This document shows positions 55,651 to 64,000 of a stretch of 64,000 bases of DNA, one piece after another (the first letter of the stretch is position 1; every line of letters begins with the position of its first letter). The stretch comes from an uncultured Nitrososphaerales archaeon. GTDB taxonomy: Archaea > Thermoproteota > Nitrososphaeria > Nitrososphaerales > Nitrososphaeraceae. The stretch is taken from NCBI GenBank assembly GCA_963713605.1, contig CAVQMO010000010.1, positions 512,001-576,000 of the forward strand, in the 5' to 3' direction. The notes beneath the pieces are model-generated. The model saw nothing but the letters and a program-made list of their open reading frames with translations, was not told where the DNA came from and did not search any database. Made by a program: the position numbers and the translations under genes.

Positions 55651-57417
55651 TTATTCAAATCCTCCAAAAGGAGTCAAAGTTGAGAAGATCCCGCTAACTT
55701 CTTTGGGAAGCTTACTGACTTGGACGTCGTCCCTTTCTGATATGACTAGAGTGTTATTGTCCAGCTCCTTGGACGGCTTCCAGTACAAAAGTTGGTCATC
55801 AGCAGCCCATTCTACAGACTCTTTAGTAGTTGAAGTTGACCACACGTAGAATCCCTTCTGATAGTGTGTATTTTTAGGTACAAATATCACAGTAGGTTCG
55901 TCCATTACCGTACCTTCAAGGATCACTGAGAAGTATTTGTTTTTGGTATCAAAGGAGAGAAATGCTGGTTTGGCAGAACTCAGTAAAGGATAGGGTCTGG
56001 TAGCAAGATCTAAGTGTCTTGGTTTTCTTTGAGGACCTAGTAGAGAAAAATTCTCGAGATTCCAATTATCCTTCCCATCCTTGGTATTATAAAGGTCATA
56101 ATTCCAGTAAGTAGAATTCAACAGCTGAGATTCAACTTGAATGTATTGCAAATTAATGTATGGTCTAATTTGTTCCGACTCTTGGGTTCCGCCGAACTCT
56201 GTTAGAAATGGAATTAGATCTCTTTCATACCCTGCTGATACAATCCGTTCAAATACATCAGGCCAATCCTGCTTGTATTTTGATATATTGTCGGGGATCA
56301 TGCCAAAGGATGACATTATAGCCCGAGTATCGTAATAATGGAACGAAAATACTCCTCTTTCCAGAAATTCAGCCGGCCAATCAGTTCTCCCAGGAAGATA
56401 CGTATTTATCTCCTTGGGAGGATCCATGAGTCCTTTCTTTGTATATGTGCCTTCATCTAGAGGCGAGCGTACCATTTCCATATCACCAATGCGCAGAAAT
56501 CTTCTCAAATCAAATTTCTTAGCCTTATCCCAGCCGGTCAATTTCTTGTTCATCTCTTCTGAAGAAAATGCAGTCCAATCAACCCGCGGCTCAATGAACA
56601 CAAAAATCTTGTCATCGTATTTTCTTATTTCATGGAAAGCATTTAGATAGTACTCCTTTAGCAGCTTTGATTCAAATTCAAGTTTGTCGATCCCTGCAGG
56701 ATGAGGCTCGTTAAAAAGGTCAATACCTAAAATGGCAGGGTGACCTTCACCACCTTTTGCATTCTTGAAGAATTTTATAGTCTGTCCTATGGTTTTTTCA
56801 AGGTGAGTCCTTATTGGATAGTGAGAGAGCTTCATTTCGTCATTGGTTAAATCGTTACGATAAAATGAATAGAGCGTGTTTTTGACGAGTTTATTCATTT
56901 GGTATGACATAGCCCACAGTTTATTGTTTTTCACTGGCTTTTCTGGCCTCTTGACATCCTTATTCAATGCCAGAGCCCAATCAGGAAATCCGTCTCCGCC
57001 ACATACTTCGTGAGCGATATCCTGATGGAAATCAAGCAAAACCAGGAGATTACGTGAGTAAAGCTCGTCAATGATCTGCAGCACGAGTCTCAGATATTCT
57101 TCTCCCTCTGGCAGAATCCGATCCAGGTCTGGATTAGGCGTAGGTTCTATGGCTTTCCAAGAGAGAACCAATCTAATTACATTAAATCCCGATTCTTGTA
57201 AGAGGTCAAGTTCTTTAGCTACAGACTCAATTTCACTTGTAAGCTCTTGAGTAGATATCTTCTTAGCATTAAGCGGAGAAATGGGTAGGTAAGGAGGAAG
57301 CTTGCTCCTTGATCCAAAATTTACGCCTCTGAACATGACATATCTTCCGAAAGGATCCCGAAACCAGTTGTCCTTCTTATAAAGGAGCCTAGAATCGAGC
57401 ATATTTTTCTTATTCAT
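55651..57417 (-). CDS. GH5 glycoside hydrolase, endoglycoceramidase-like
   Basis: RGVN, GFNVIRL..W.AIEP, DFHQD, GDGFPDW, NEP (acid/base), FHYY, TEFG (nucleophile), C-terminal beta domain. Confidence 0.9.
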   Translation of the reverse strand: MNKKNMLDSRLLYKKDNWFRDPFGRYVMFRGVNFGSRSKLPPYLPISPLNAKKISTQELTSEIESVAKELDLLQESGFNVIRLVLSWKAIEPTPNPDLDRILPEGEEYLRLVLQIIDELYSRNLLVLLDFHQDIAHEVCGGDGFPDWALALNKDVKRPEKPVKNNKLWAMSYQMNKLVKNTLYSFYRNDLTNDEMKLSHYPIRTHLEKTIGQTIKFFKNAKGGEGHPAILGIDLFNEPHPAGIDKLEFESKLLKEYYLNAFHEIRKYDDKIFVFIEPRVDWTAFSSEEMNKKLTGWDKAKKFDLRRFLRIGDMEMVRSPLDEGTYTKKGLMDPPKEINTYLPGRTDWPAEFLERGVFSFHYYDTRAIMSSFGMIPDNISKYKQDWPDVFERIVSAGYERDLIPFLTEFGGTQESEQIRPYINLQYIQVESQLLNSTYWNYDLYNTKDGKDNWNLENFSLLGPQRKPRHLDLATRPYPLLSSAKPAFLSFDTKNKYFSVILEGTVMDEPTVIFVPKNTHYQKGFYVWSTSTTKESVEWAADDQLLYWKPSKELDNNTLVISERDDVQVSKLPKEVSGIFSTLTPFGGFE

Positions 57418-57875
57418 GCGGCTACCTAACAGTAAATTGCAGGCGGTAATATAAATTTCGATCAGAGTGATGTTGTCAGCCTGACTTTCAATTCCCCCAT
57501 TATGTCGAAAAGAGACAAGTTAGATGTCAAAAGTGCAAGCAATAAGTTTTTTTACCTAGCATCTGTAAATGAAATGAAGTCTAAGCGGATAAGAAAGCCT
57601 GAAGCATCACATGAAAGTTCAGCTTACAAATGAAAGAAATACAACTTTAAATTGGAAGGATAGTGGCAACTCCCGATATAGACGTCGAAATTGCATTATG
57701 ATCATCATTATAGTCATTATAGATGTTACGATGCTTGGGCTTGTTCTTGTTTTTATCAATATTCTACGCTCTTTACGTTATTCCCTGATTATTTCATGGA
57801 ACGTGTCCTTTGTAATTACCGATGAACAGGAACAAAAACGACCAGATGATAGGATAAGGGTTTGTGTGCGTGTAC

Positions 57876-59261
57876 ATGAGTAATGGTATAGGGATCCCAG
57901 ATTCTACTCAAATCAATGAGTTTGCGAATAGTAGTAACCCAGGACCGAGCAGTGACATCAGTCAGTCAGGTTCATGGAATACCAAGAGGATTGTAATCCA
58001 TGTTGATCTAAATTCATTTTATCCCTCGTGTGAAGAGTTACGTTTGCCGCTGTTAGTGGGTAAACCACATGCGGTAATTATGACACATGAAGAGCAAGGC
58101 CGAATCACAAAAGGAGTGGTAGCCTCATGCTCGTACGAAGCAAAGAAACTGGGAGTAAAATCTGCTATGCCCCTACCCTCAGCGTTAAAAGCCTGTCCCG
58201 ACCTTGTCCTTAATCGGGTAGATATTCCGTACTACGCAACGATCTCTGAGAAGGTAATGAACGTATTGCAGGATTACTCTGATATTTTGGAACAGACCAG
58301 CATCGATGAAGCCTACTTAGACTGTTCTGACAAGATCCATGCTCTAGCCATACTTAAGGATCAAGGGAATGATCCTGGTGATTCGACCCTAGCATCTCGG
58401 CCAACAAAGCGAGAAAGTGAGTCAATATCCAATTTGAGCGATTCACATCTAATCGAGGACTTTGCGAGATTGATCAAAAATAAGATAAAGATAGAATGTG
58501 GTCTTCTAACTTCAGTTGGGGTAGCTCCTACTAAATCAATTGCTAAGATTGCTTCCGACTTTAGAAAACCAGACGGACTCACGATAGTTCCTCCAACAGC
58601 GGTTCCTAATTTCCTTGAAAACCTCGAAGTAGAGAGAATTTCAGGTGTCGGGACCATAACTAAAAAATCATTGAAACGGATGGGTATCGAAACGATCGGA
58701 CAACTTGCAAGAGCTGATGTCCAAACCCTTGTGCAGGGATTCGGTAATAAGTATGGGATACGTATGTGGAAGATTGCCAAAGGCCTAGACGAGGATCCGG
58801 TTCGATCTAGAGGTGAACGTATTTCTTTGAGTACCGAATACACATTACCTGATTTTACAAGAGATCAACAAAGGTTACTTGTTTATTTTAATGCATTAAC
58901 AGATGAGCTGTTTAGGAGGATACAAAGAAAAGGGTATCAATTTCGTACGGTAGGTATTAAACTGGTACATGCAGATTTTGTAGTTGAAACAAGAGAGAGA
59001 TCATATTTACGCCATCAGGAGACCAAACAAAGTATTAGCAACGCTATACCAGGACTTCTACAGAGGTTCTATTCCACAGTCGCAGAAAGACAAGAAGGGC
59101 AAGTTGCCAATAACATCATGGAGAACGGGCCCTCAAATAGTGGTACTGAGCTTTTCATTAACGTTCCTATTAGAAAGATCGGCATAAAGATATCAAACCT
59201 GATACCAAAGAGAGGATCAGGCCTGGAAGAAGGCCAATCAAGTATACTTGATTATCTTTAA
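57876..59261 (+). CDS. dinB: Y-family DNA polymerase IV (DinB/Dpo4)
   Basis: HVDLNSFY, SYEAKKLGVKSAM, SIDEAYLD, AKIASD..KPDG. Confidence 0.95.
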   Translation: MSNGIGIPDSTQINEFANSSNPGPSSDISQSGSWNTKRIVIHVDLNSFYPSCEELRLPLLVGKPHAVIMTHEEQGRITKGVVASCSYEAKKLGVKSAMPLPSALKACPDLVLNRVDIPYYATISEKVMNVLQDYSDILEQTSIDEAYLDCSDKIHALAILKDQGNDPGDSTLASRPTKRESESISNLSDSHLIEDFARLIKNKIKIECGLLTSVGVAPTKSIAKIASDFRKPDGLTIVPPTAVPNFLENLEVERISGVGTITKKSLKRMGIETIGQLARADVQTLVQGFGNKYGIRMWKIAKGLDEDPVRSRGERISLSTEYTLPDFTRDQQRLLVYFNALTDELFRRIQRKGYQFRTVGIKLVHADFVVETRERSYLRHQETKQSISNAIPGLLQRFYSTVAERQEGQVANNIMENGPSNSGTELFINVPIRKIGIKISNLIPKRGSGLEEGQSSILDYL

Positions 59262-59321
59262 ATTCTGCAAACGTGATCTAGATACCAAAACCAGTAATAA
59301 TTTTTGGGAAAACTCTTCATG

Positions 59322-59642
59322 TCACATACCTGTTATCTCAGGCTTCTTCAGCTCAATCAAAACTTTATCACCTACCTTTAGGCCAAGATCTTCATACTCT
59401 CTCATACTCAGCTTGAATGTTGGTGCATCAGCTACCCCTATACCACTGCCCAGAACGTTTGACATAGCTTTAGGTAGGTTTTTCATTAACTCTTCTGGAG
59501 AGGAAAAGGTCATTGCCTTAACTCCAAAAGGGTTCATTGACTGTTGCCTGTCCCCTGGCGCCTGGTCCACGAAGCTAACGTGTACGTAGGGCTTCCCATC
59601 GTGAGACGCTTCTATTCTTGATACGATAAATTCTTTAATCAT
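59322..59642 (-). CDS. conserved small beta-barrel protein (arcadin-1-like layout)
   Basis: PYVHVSF...EYEDLGLKVGDKVLIEL; TATA element upstream. Confidence 0.7.
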   Translation of the reverse strand: MIKEFIVSRIEASHDGKPYVHVSFVDQAPGDRQQSMNPFGVKAMTFSSPEELMKNLPKAMSNVLGSGIGVADAPTFKLSMREYEDLGLKVGDKVLIELKKPEITGM

Positions 59643-60092
59643 TTAACTACACTACAAGAAGAGAGAATAACTTATAAGCCTTGACTATTGCGGAAAATGT
59701 ATTTAATTGTTATCTATAAATTTATATTTCAGATGGATTTTCCAATGGGGGATAAATTGAGTTGGTCGAGCATCAATTCTTTGGAAGACAACGGAGGTAC
59801 TTACTTTGAATTTTACAATGTCTTTTCATTCCTTTAATATCGGCACTAATAGCATTCCTCAATTATTACGATAACGTCAATGGTGTTTCCTTTTTTGTTG
59901 GACATTCACTATTTTTTGTTATTTGATCCTAATTGCTTTCTATGACTGCCAGGTCAAACCAGAATTTCAGCAATTATGAGTATATGTTCGCTCTTATTGT
60001 CACTGAAAAGATATTATAGTAAATATTTATTCACATTCCATATTGAAGGGAGTGAATACATTATTCATGAACTTGCAATTAGGCTATAGGTA

Positions 60093-60620
60093 GTGATAAC
60101 TACCATATTAGCAGCTGGGACTTGGCAGCGATGTCCTCAATTTGTTCGGCCTACTTTTGCTAGCAATTTCGAGATATCTGAAGTATTTCGCACCTCCCTT
60201 ACTAGCGATGTAGATATTACTAGGGTAAATACAGATGCGACCGGGGAATCTCAATTCGAGTCGAATGCACAAGCAGCTGCATTGGGAGAATTAGCTACAG
60301 CTACAGCTGTCAAGCAGTGACAATTCAAATGAAATAACGTCCAAAATATCGAAGGAGGTTACTGCCATTCGTATCCATGAGGGGCGGAGCAATGAAAATG
60401 GTCCAGTAATTGCGTCGTTATTTGAACCTCAAACACCACCTGGGAATATAAGCGGAGGACTGGGGAGAGGAACGGTAAGTGCTGACATTCTAGAAGGCCC
60501 CCTGGTAGACAAGTAAATTTCAGATCTACTCAATCCTTTCGACGGCGACGAGGCCTATGCCAACATTCACACAGCTGCTAATCTGGACGGTGAAATCAGG
60601 GAAACAATTCAGCAAGGTTA
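60093..60620 (+). pseudogene. CHRD domain protein, multiply disrupted
   Basis: TDATGE, NIEG.TAI.IH, NENGPVIASLF, LEGPL.DK*, AYANIHTAANLDGEIR. Confidence 0.8.
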
Positions 60621-60809
60621 GCTAGCGTGTAATACATCTAATATCTGTAGCTCTCGATTAATAGTGGCTAATTTGATAAGTAGTATTGTAGTATATCGCC
60701 CTCTCGAGCAGGCTAGAAAATTATATATGTTATTGAATCACGCCAAATAAATACGTCATCGAAATAAACACTTTTAAGTTGATTACTTGAGCAGCAGAGG
60801 TGTCGTAAT

Positions 60810-61631
60810 ATGATTGAAGCACGGTTTGAATTAATTTATCCCAACTCTTCATTGCCTGACTCTAAATTCCCCAACCTTATTTGCGGCTTCCCCGGGAGTG
60901 GTTATGTAGGCAAACTTGCAGTAGATCATCTAATAGATGAATTGAGCGCAAAACACTTAGTAGATATTTACTCAAATACATTTCCACCGCAAGTTCTGAT
61001 TAAGCCAGATGGGACTGTGGATCTTATCAGAAACGCGATATTCTATTATGAATCACCAATCTCACCGTCTTTGAACATGATGTTCTTGACTGGAGACTCA
61101 CAACCTTCTAATCCTGATGCGGGATACCTCTTGGCCGAGACAATTCTCGGAATTGCATCTAAATTTTCTGTTCTACACGTATATACGTTGGCAGCATATA
61201 TCACTGGAGTATTTGTCCAGAAGCCTCGAGTATTTTGTACGGCTTCCGACATGGAAAGTCTTAGAGATATCAATACTGCTGATATTGCCGTTATGGATAG
61301 TGGGGCAGTAACAGGCATGAACGGACTGGTAGTGGGATTGGCCAAATTGAAAGGGATGCGAGGTACATGTCTACTGGGCGAGACCTCCGGCTATGTTGTT
61401 GATGCAAAAGCATCAAGGTCATTGTTGGAAGTCTTGACGACGAGACTTGGTGTTGAGATTAGTATGGACGCCCTAGATGCGAGAGCGAAAGACACAGAAA
61501 CGTTGATAAAAACAATTGAACAGCAGATGGGGGAGGCTTCAGGCGTAAGACATGAAGGGGGAGAGCAAACCTCACAAACTAATCCTCGTAACACGGGGTA
61601 TATCAGACTGAAGGCGATTAGTTGCAGGTAA
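60810..61631 (+). CDS. proteasome assembly chaperone (PAC2) family protein
   Basis: GFPGSGYVGKLAVDHL, FPPQV, GDSQP, GMNG, CLLGETSGY..D.KA. Confidence 0.9.
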   Translation: MIEARFELIYPNSSLPDSKFPNLICGFPGSGYVGKLAVDHLIDELSAKHLVDIYSNTFPPQVLIKPDGTVDLIRNAIFYYESPISPSLNMMFLTGDSQPSNPDAGYLLAETILGIASKFSVLHVYTLAAYITGVFVQKPRVFCTASDMESLRDINTADIAVMDSGAVTGMNGLVVGLAKLKGMRGTCLLGETSGYVVDAKASRSLLEVLTTRLGVEISMDALDARAKDTETLIKTIEQQMGEASGVRHEGGEQTSQTNPRNTGYIRLKAISCR

Positions 61632-61683
61632 TATTGGGCTCCAATATTGAATGCTCCATTATGGCGTCGAGATGCGTAAATTG

Positions 61684-61971
61684 CTATACCTTCTTAAGCT
61701 TTCCATATCGACCTATGTTCAGGCTGTTATCTCCCCTGAAAGCTTGAGTATATCCATTCTCAATAACGACAGTATCACCCTCTTGGACCATATCTATTTG
61801 GTCATCCCAAAGTGACAGCTTTATACTTCCACTATCATCTGTTATAACAGCATCTGCTACTCGTGCAGTGCCTCCCGCTCTTAAGTTTACGGTTCTTGGC
61901 TCTGCTATGCTTTCTATCTTTCCTTCTACACTTACACCCCTAATGCCAGGCGTTAGTTCAGTTATCTTCAT
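61684..61971 (-). CDS. ssb: single-stranded DNA-binding protein (single OB fold)
   Basis: DDSGSIKLSLWD, IENGY..F.G..LNIGRYG. Confidence 0.9.
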   Translation of the reverse strand: MKITELTPGIRGVSVEGKIESIAEPRTVNLRAGGTARVADAVITDDSGSIKLSLWDDQIDMVQEGDTVVIENGYTQAFRGDNSLNIGRYGKLKKV

Positions 61972-62119
61972 TTCTTTAATTAGCTATTGGTCATCCAAAA
62001 TAAATATTACGTCCCCAAATCTATGCCATTTATACCAAATTTGAATTCGATTAAATTTTTATCAAGGGACCTTCTCAGTATAATGGAAACAAAACCTGAT
62101 GCTTCAAATCACGCATTGA

Positions 62120-62225
62120 GGAGGGGTAGCGAAGCCTGGTCAACCGCGCAGGACTCAAGATTAGACGATTCAGATGGGTGATCCCGTCCCTAAGGGGTTC
62201 GTGGGTTCGAATCCCACCCCCTCCA
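62120..62225 (+). tRNA. tRNA-Leu(CAA) with 21-nt intron at 37/38 (62160-62180)
   Basis: Acceptor GGAGGGG/CCCCTCC+A, anticodon loop CT-CAA-G, long variable arm, GTGGG-TTCGAAT-CCCAC T-arm. Confidence 0.93.
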
Positions 62226-62440
62226 ATCCTTAAAAAGGCAATTGATTCGCTGCAGATCAATTCTAGCTCACGAATTCTTTCTCTTATGCGCCTTAATTAT
62301 CAGATGGGAGCGGTCTAAGTGCTAGGCTGAGACAAGGTTATCTTATTGAGATGAATGATAGTAGATCTTTACCGATTCCAAAATATACCACCTGCCGACA
62401 TAGACTTTCCCTGTCAGTTAGAAGCGGCCGCAGTAGCCAC

Positions 62441-63853
62441 TCACTTCTCTATAACGTAGAAATCGTAAATCGGTGTCCCCTCATTTCGGTTGTTTCTGAA
62501 CGTATATTCTATAATTGAATAAAAAGCTGGAAATGTCTCTACAAGACCTATAATTGGGCATAAAAATAGAGTTTGAAAGTGAAAGAGAATTTTTTTCGAT
62601 AACGAAATCTCACTAAAGCGAAGATTCTGGAATAATCCGAATTGATATGAGAACAACCATGTAACCGACGAGAACAGAAGGAGTAACCCTGTAGCGAACT
62701 CGATTGGTCCTGCGGTAGTCCAATTATGTAATGCAGAATTGGAATAGAATTGCTGGAATGCTAGGTTAAGATTATCTATAAAAGAATTTAAGATACTCTC
62801 ACTCGCAAGGCCATCACCAGTATGAGTACCGGCAAAAGTAAAAAATGATATTATGATTGGTAGATTTACATAAAGGGAGATAATTGTTGATAGGAGCCCA
62901 GCAGCAAATCCTAAGAAATACGTCAGGAGCTTGTATGATAGCTTGACTCTGTGAATAATTGAAAATTTATCAACATTTTGAAGGCTTCCTAGAACCCACC
63001 TTCTACGCTGCATAAAATGATCCTTAATATTAAGGGGAGGTTGCTCCAGTAAGACTCCACCATGCCAGCCCAAAGAATTTGAACCATACTTCTCATATAC
63101 TAAGTAGCCAAACAACTGATCTTCAGCCAGCGTGGGACCAAAATTCCACCCGATGTTGTCCTCCACATCAGATCGTACCAGGAGATTGCTACCATGCATA
63201 TGTAATGGTGGAGTCTTGATCACAACTTTGTTTGTCATTTGAGAGACACAATCATAACATGTGAACGGTCGAATCGATTCTGCCAACGCAGTTAAAACAT
63301 TGGCATTTTCAAATTTGAGAGGGTAAAAGATGGGTCCCTCGGAGGCTACTCCCTTTCCATCTCGTATAAACTTCAAGAGGGACAAAATTGTTTGAGAGGT
63401 AACAAAGCTCTCATCATCCATATGATAAATCCAGATTTGTTTCTTGTTTTCGTCCCGGGATTTTCTATATAGAAGCGCATACTGAAGCGCTCTTCCTTTC
63501 TTAATAGCAGACGTTCTGAACGATTTCGGAACGACCACCACCTCACAACCGAATTCTTCAAGTTCTAAATTATCGGCAGGGTCATCAGTAATTACTGATA
63601 TCTTAAATTTATCATACTCTATCTCCCTGCATGATTCAATTATTGATTGTATTCCTCTCTTGACTACCGGGGTTTTTGTCGCAGACCTCGTAGTAATTTG
63701 AAATATAATCTTAGGGTCATTCCTGATCCTCCTAAGATCAGAGGTTATAAACACGCTTCTGTTTGTAATAAATCTTAAGACGGCAAGAACTGCAATTGGG
63801 ATATTGACTAACCATAAAAAGGTTAACAATCCAGCTAAAAGAGTCTCTTGCAA
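62441..63853 (-). CDS. GT2 glycosyltransferase, egghead/BRE-3-like, membrane-bound
   Basis: KKGRALQY, HMDDES, HGSNLLV, AED, QRRRW; C-terminal TM helices. Confidence 0.88.
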   Translation of the reverse strand: MQETLLAGLLTFLWLVNIPIAVLAVLRFITNRSVFITSDLRRIRNDPKIIFQITTRSATKTPVVKRGIQSIIESCREIEYDKFKISVITDDPADNLELEEFGCEVVVVPKSFRTSAIKKGRALQYALLYRKSRDENKKQIWIYHMDDESFVTSQTILSLLKFIRDGKGVASEGPIFYPLKFENANVLTALAESIRPFTCYDCVSQMTNKVVIKTPPLHMHGSNLLVRSDVEDNIGWNFGPTLAEDQLFGYLVYEKYGSNSLGWHGGVLLEQPPLNIKDHFMQRRRWVLGSLQNVDKFSIIHRVKLSYKLLTYFLGFAAGLLSTIISLYVNLPIIISFFTFAGTHTGDGLASESILNSFIDNLNLAFQQFYSNSALHNWTTAGPIEFATGLLLLFSSVTWLFSYQFGLFQNLRFSEISLSKKILFHFQTLFLCPIIGLVETFPAFYSIIEYTFRNNRNEGTPIYDFYVIEK

Positions 63854-64000
63854 GTCTGCATCTCATTTAATCTATAAGCAATAAGAGTACATCTTTTCTA
63901 GAACCGAGTTGCGTGAGTTTCCTAAAATGCGTATCGCACAAGAATTAGTTTGAATACCTAAGTATAATCCATTTCGGATAAGAAGAACAATAGTAAAATG

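Overview
AT-rich archaeal DNA, most likely a soil ammonia-oxidiser of the Nitrososphaeraceae (inferred from the TFB, thermosome and Hsp20 fragments, PAC2, single-OB-fold SSB, intron-containing tRNA-Leu and DUF6659-type protein). The ends of the window carry ordinary genes: moaA, MOSC, DUF1326 and DUF72 on the left; HdeD/DUF308 paralogues, isochorismatase, MFS, GH5, dinB, PAC2, ssb, tRNA-Leu(CAA) and GT2 on the right. The centre (about 5.7-45 kb) is a low-density accessory region of small secreted or membrane ORFs, duplicated small genes and fused gene fragments. The main unexplained structure is a dispersed series of about ten copies, plus two tiny remnants, of the 3' part of a terminase-large-subunit-like gene (RNase H-type nuclease tail). 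They fall into two sub-families, ...DKEATSHDDxxDxFRLSxQFWH* and ...DKQQTSHDDIxDSFRLALCNYEP. All but one lie on the + strand, they differ mostly at synonymous sites, and each is followed by a different, often convergent, cargo gene. Two copies share a perfect 50-bp direct repeat bracketing 3.3 kb of cargo. An integrase-like tail and an HTH pseudogene lie nearby. One reading is a cargo-accumulating array built by repeated recombination at the terminase 3' end; this is inference and untested. Many single-base frameshifts in ordinary genes may be sequencing errors.
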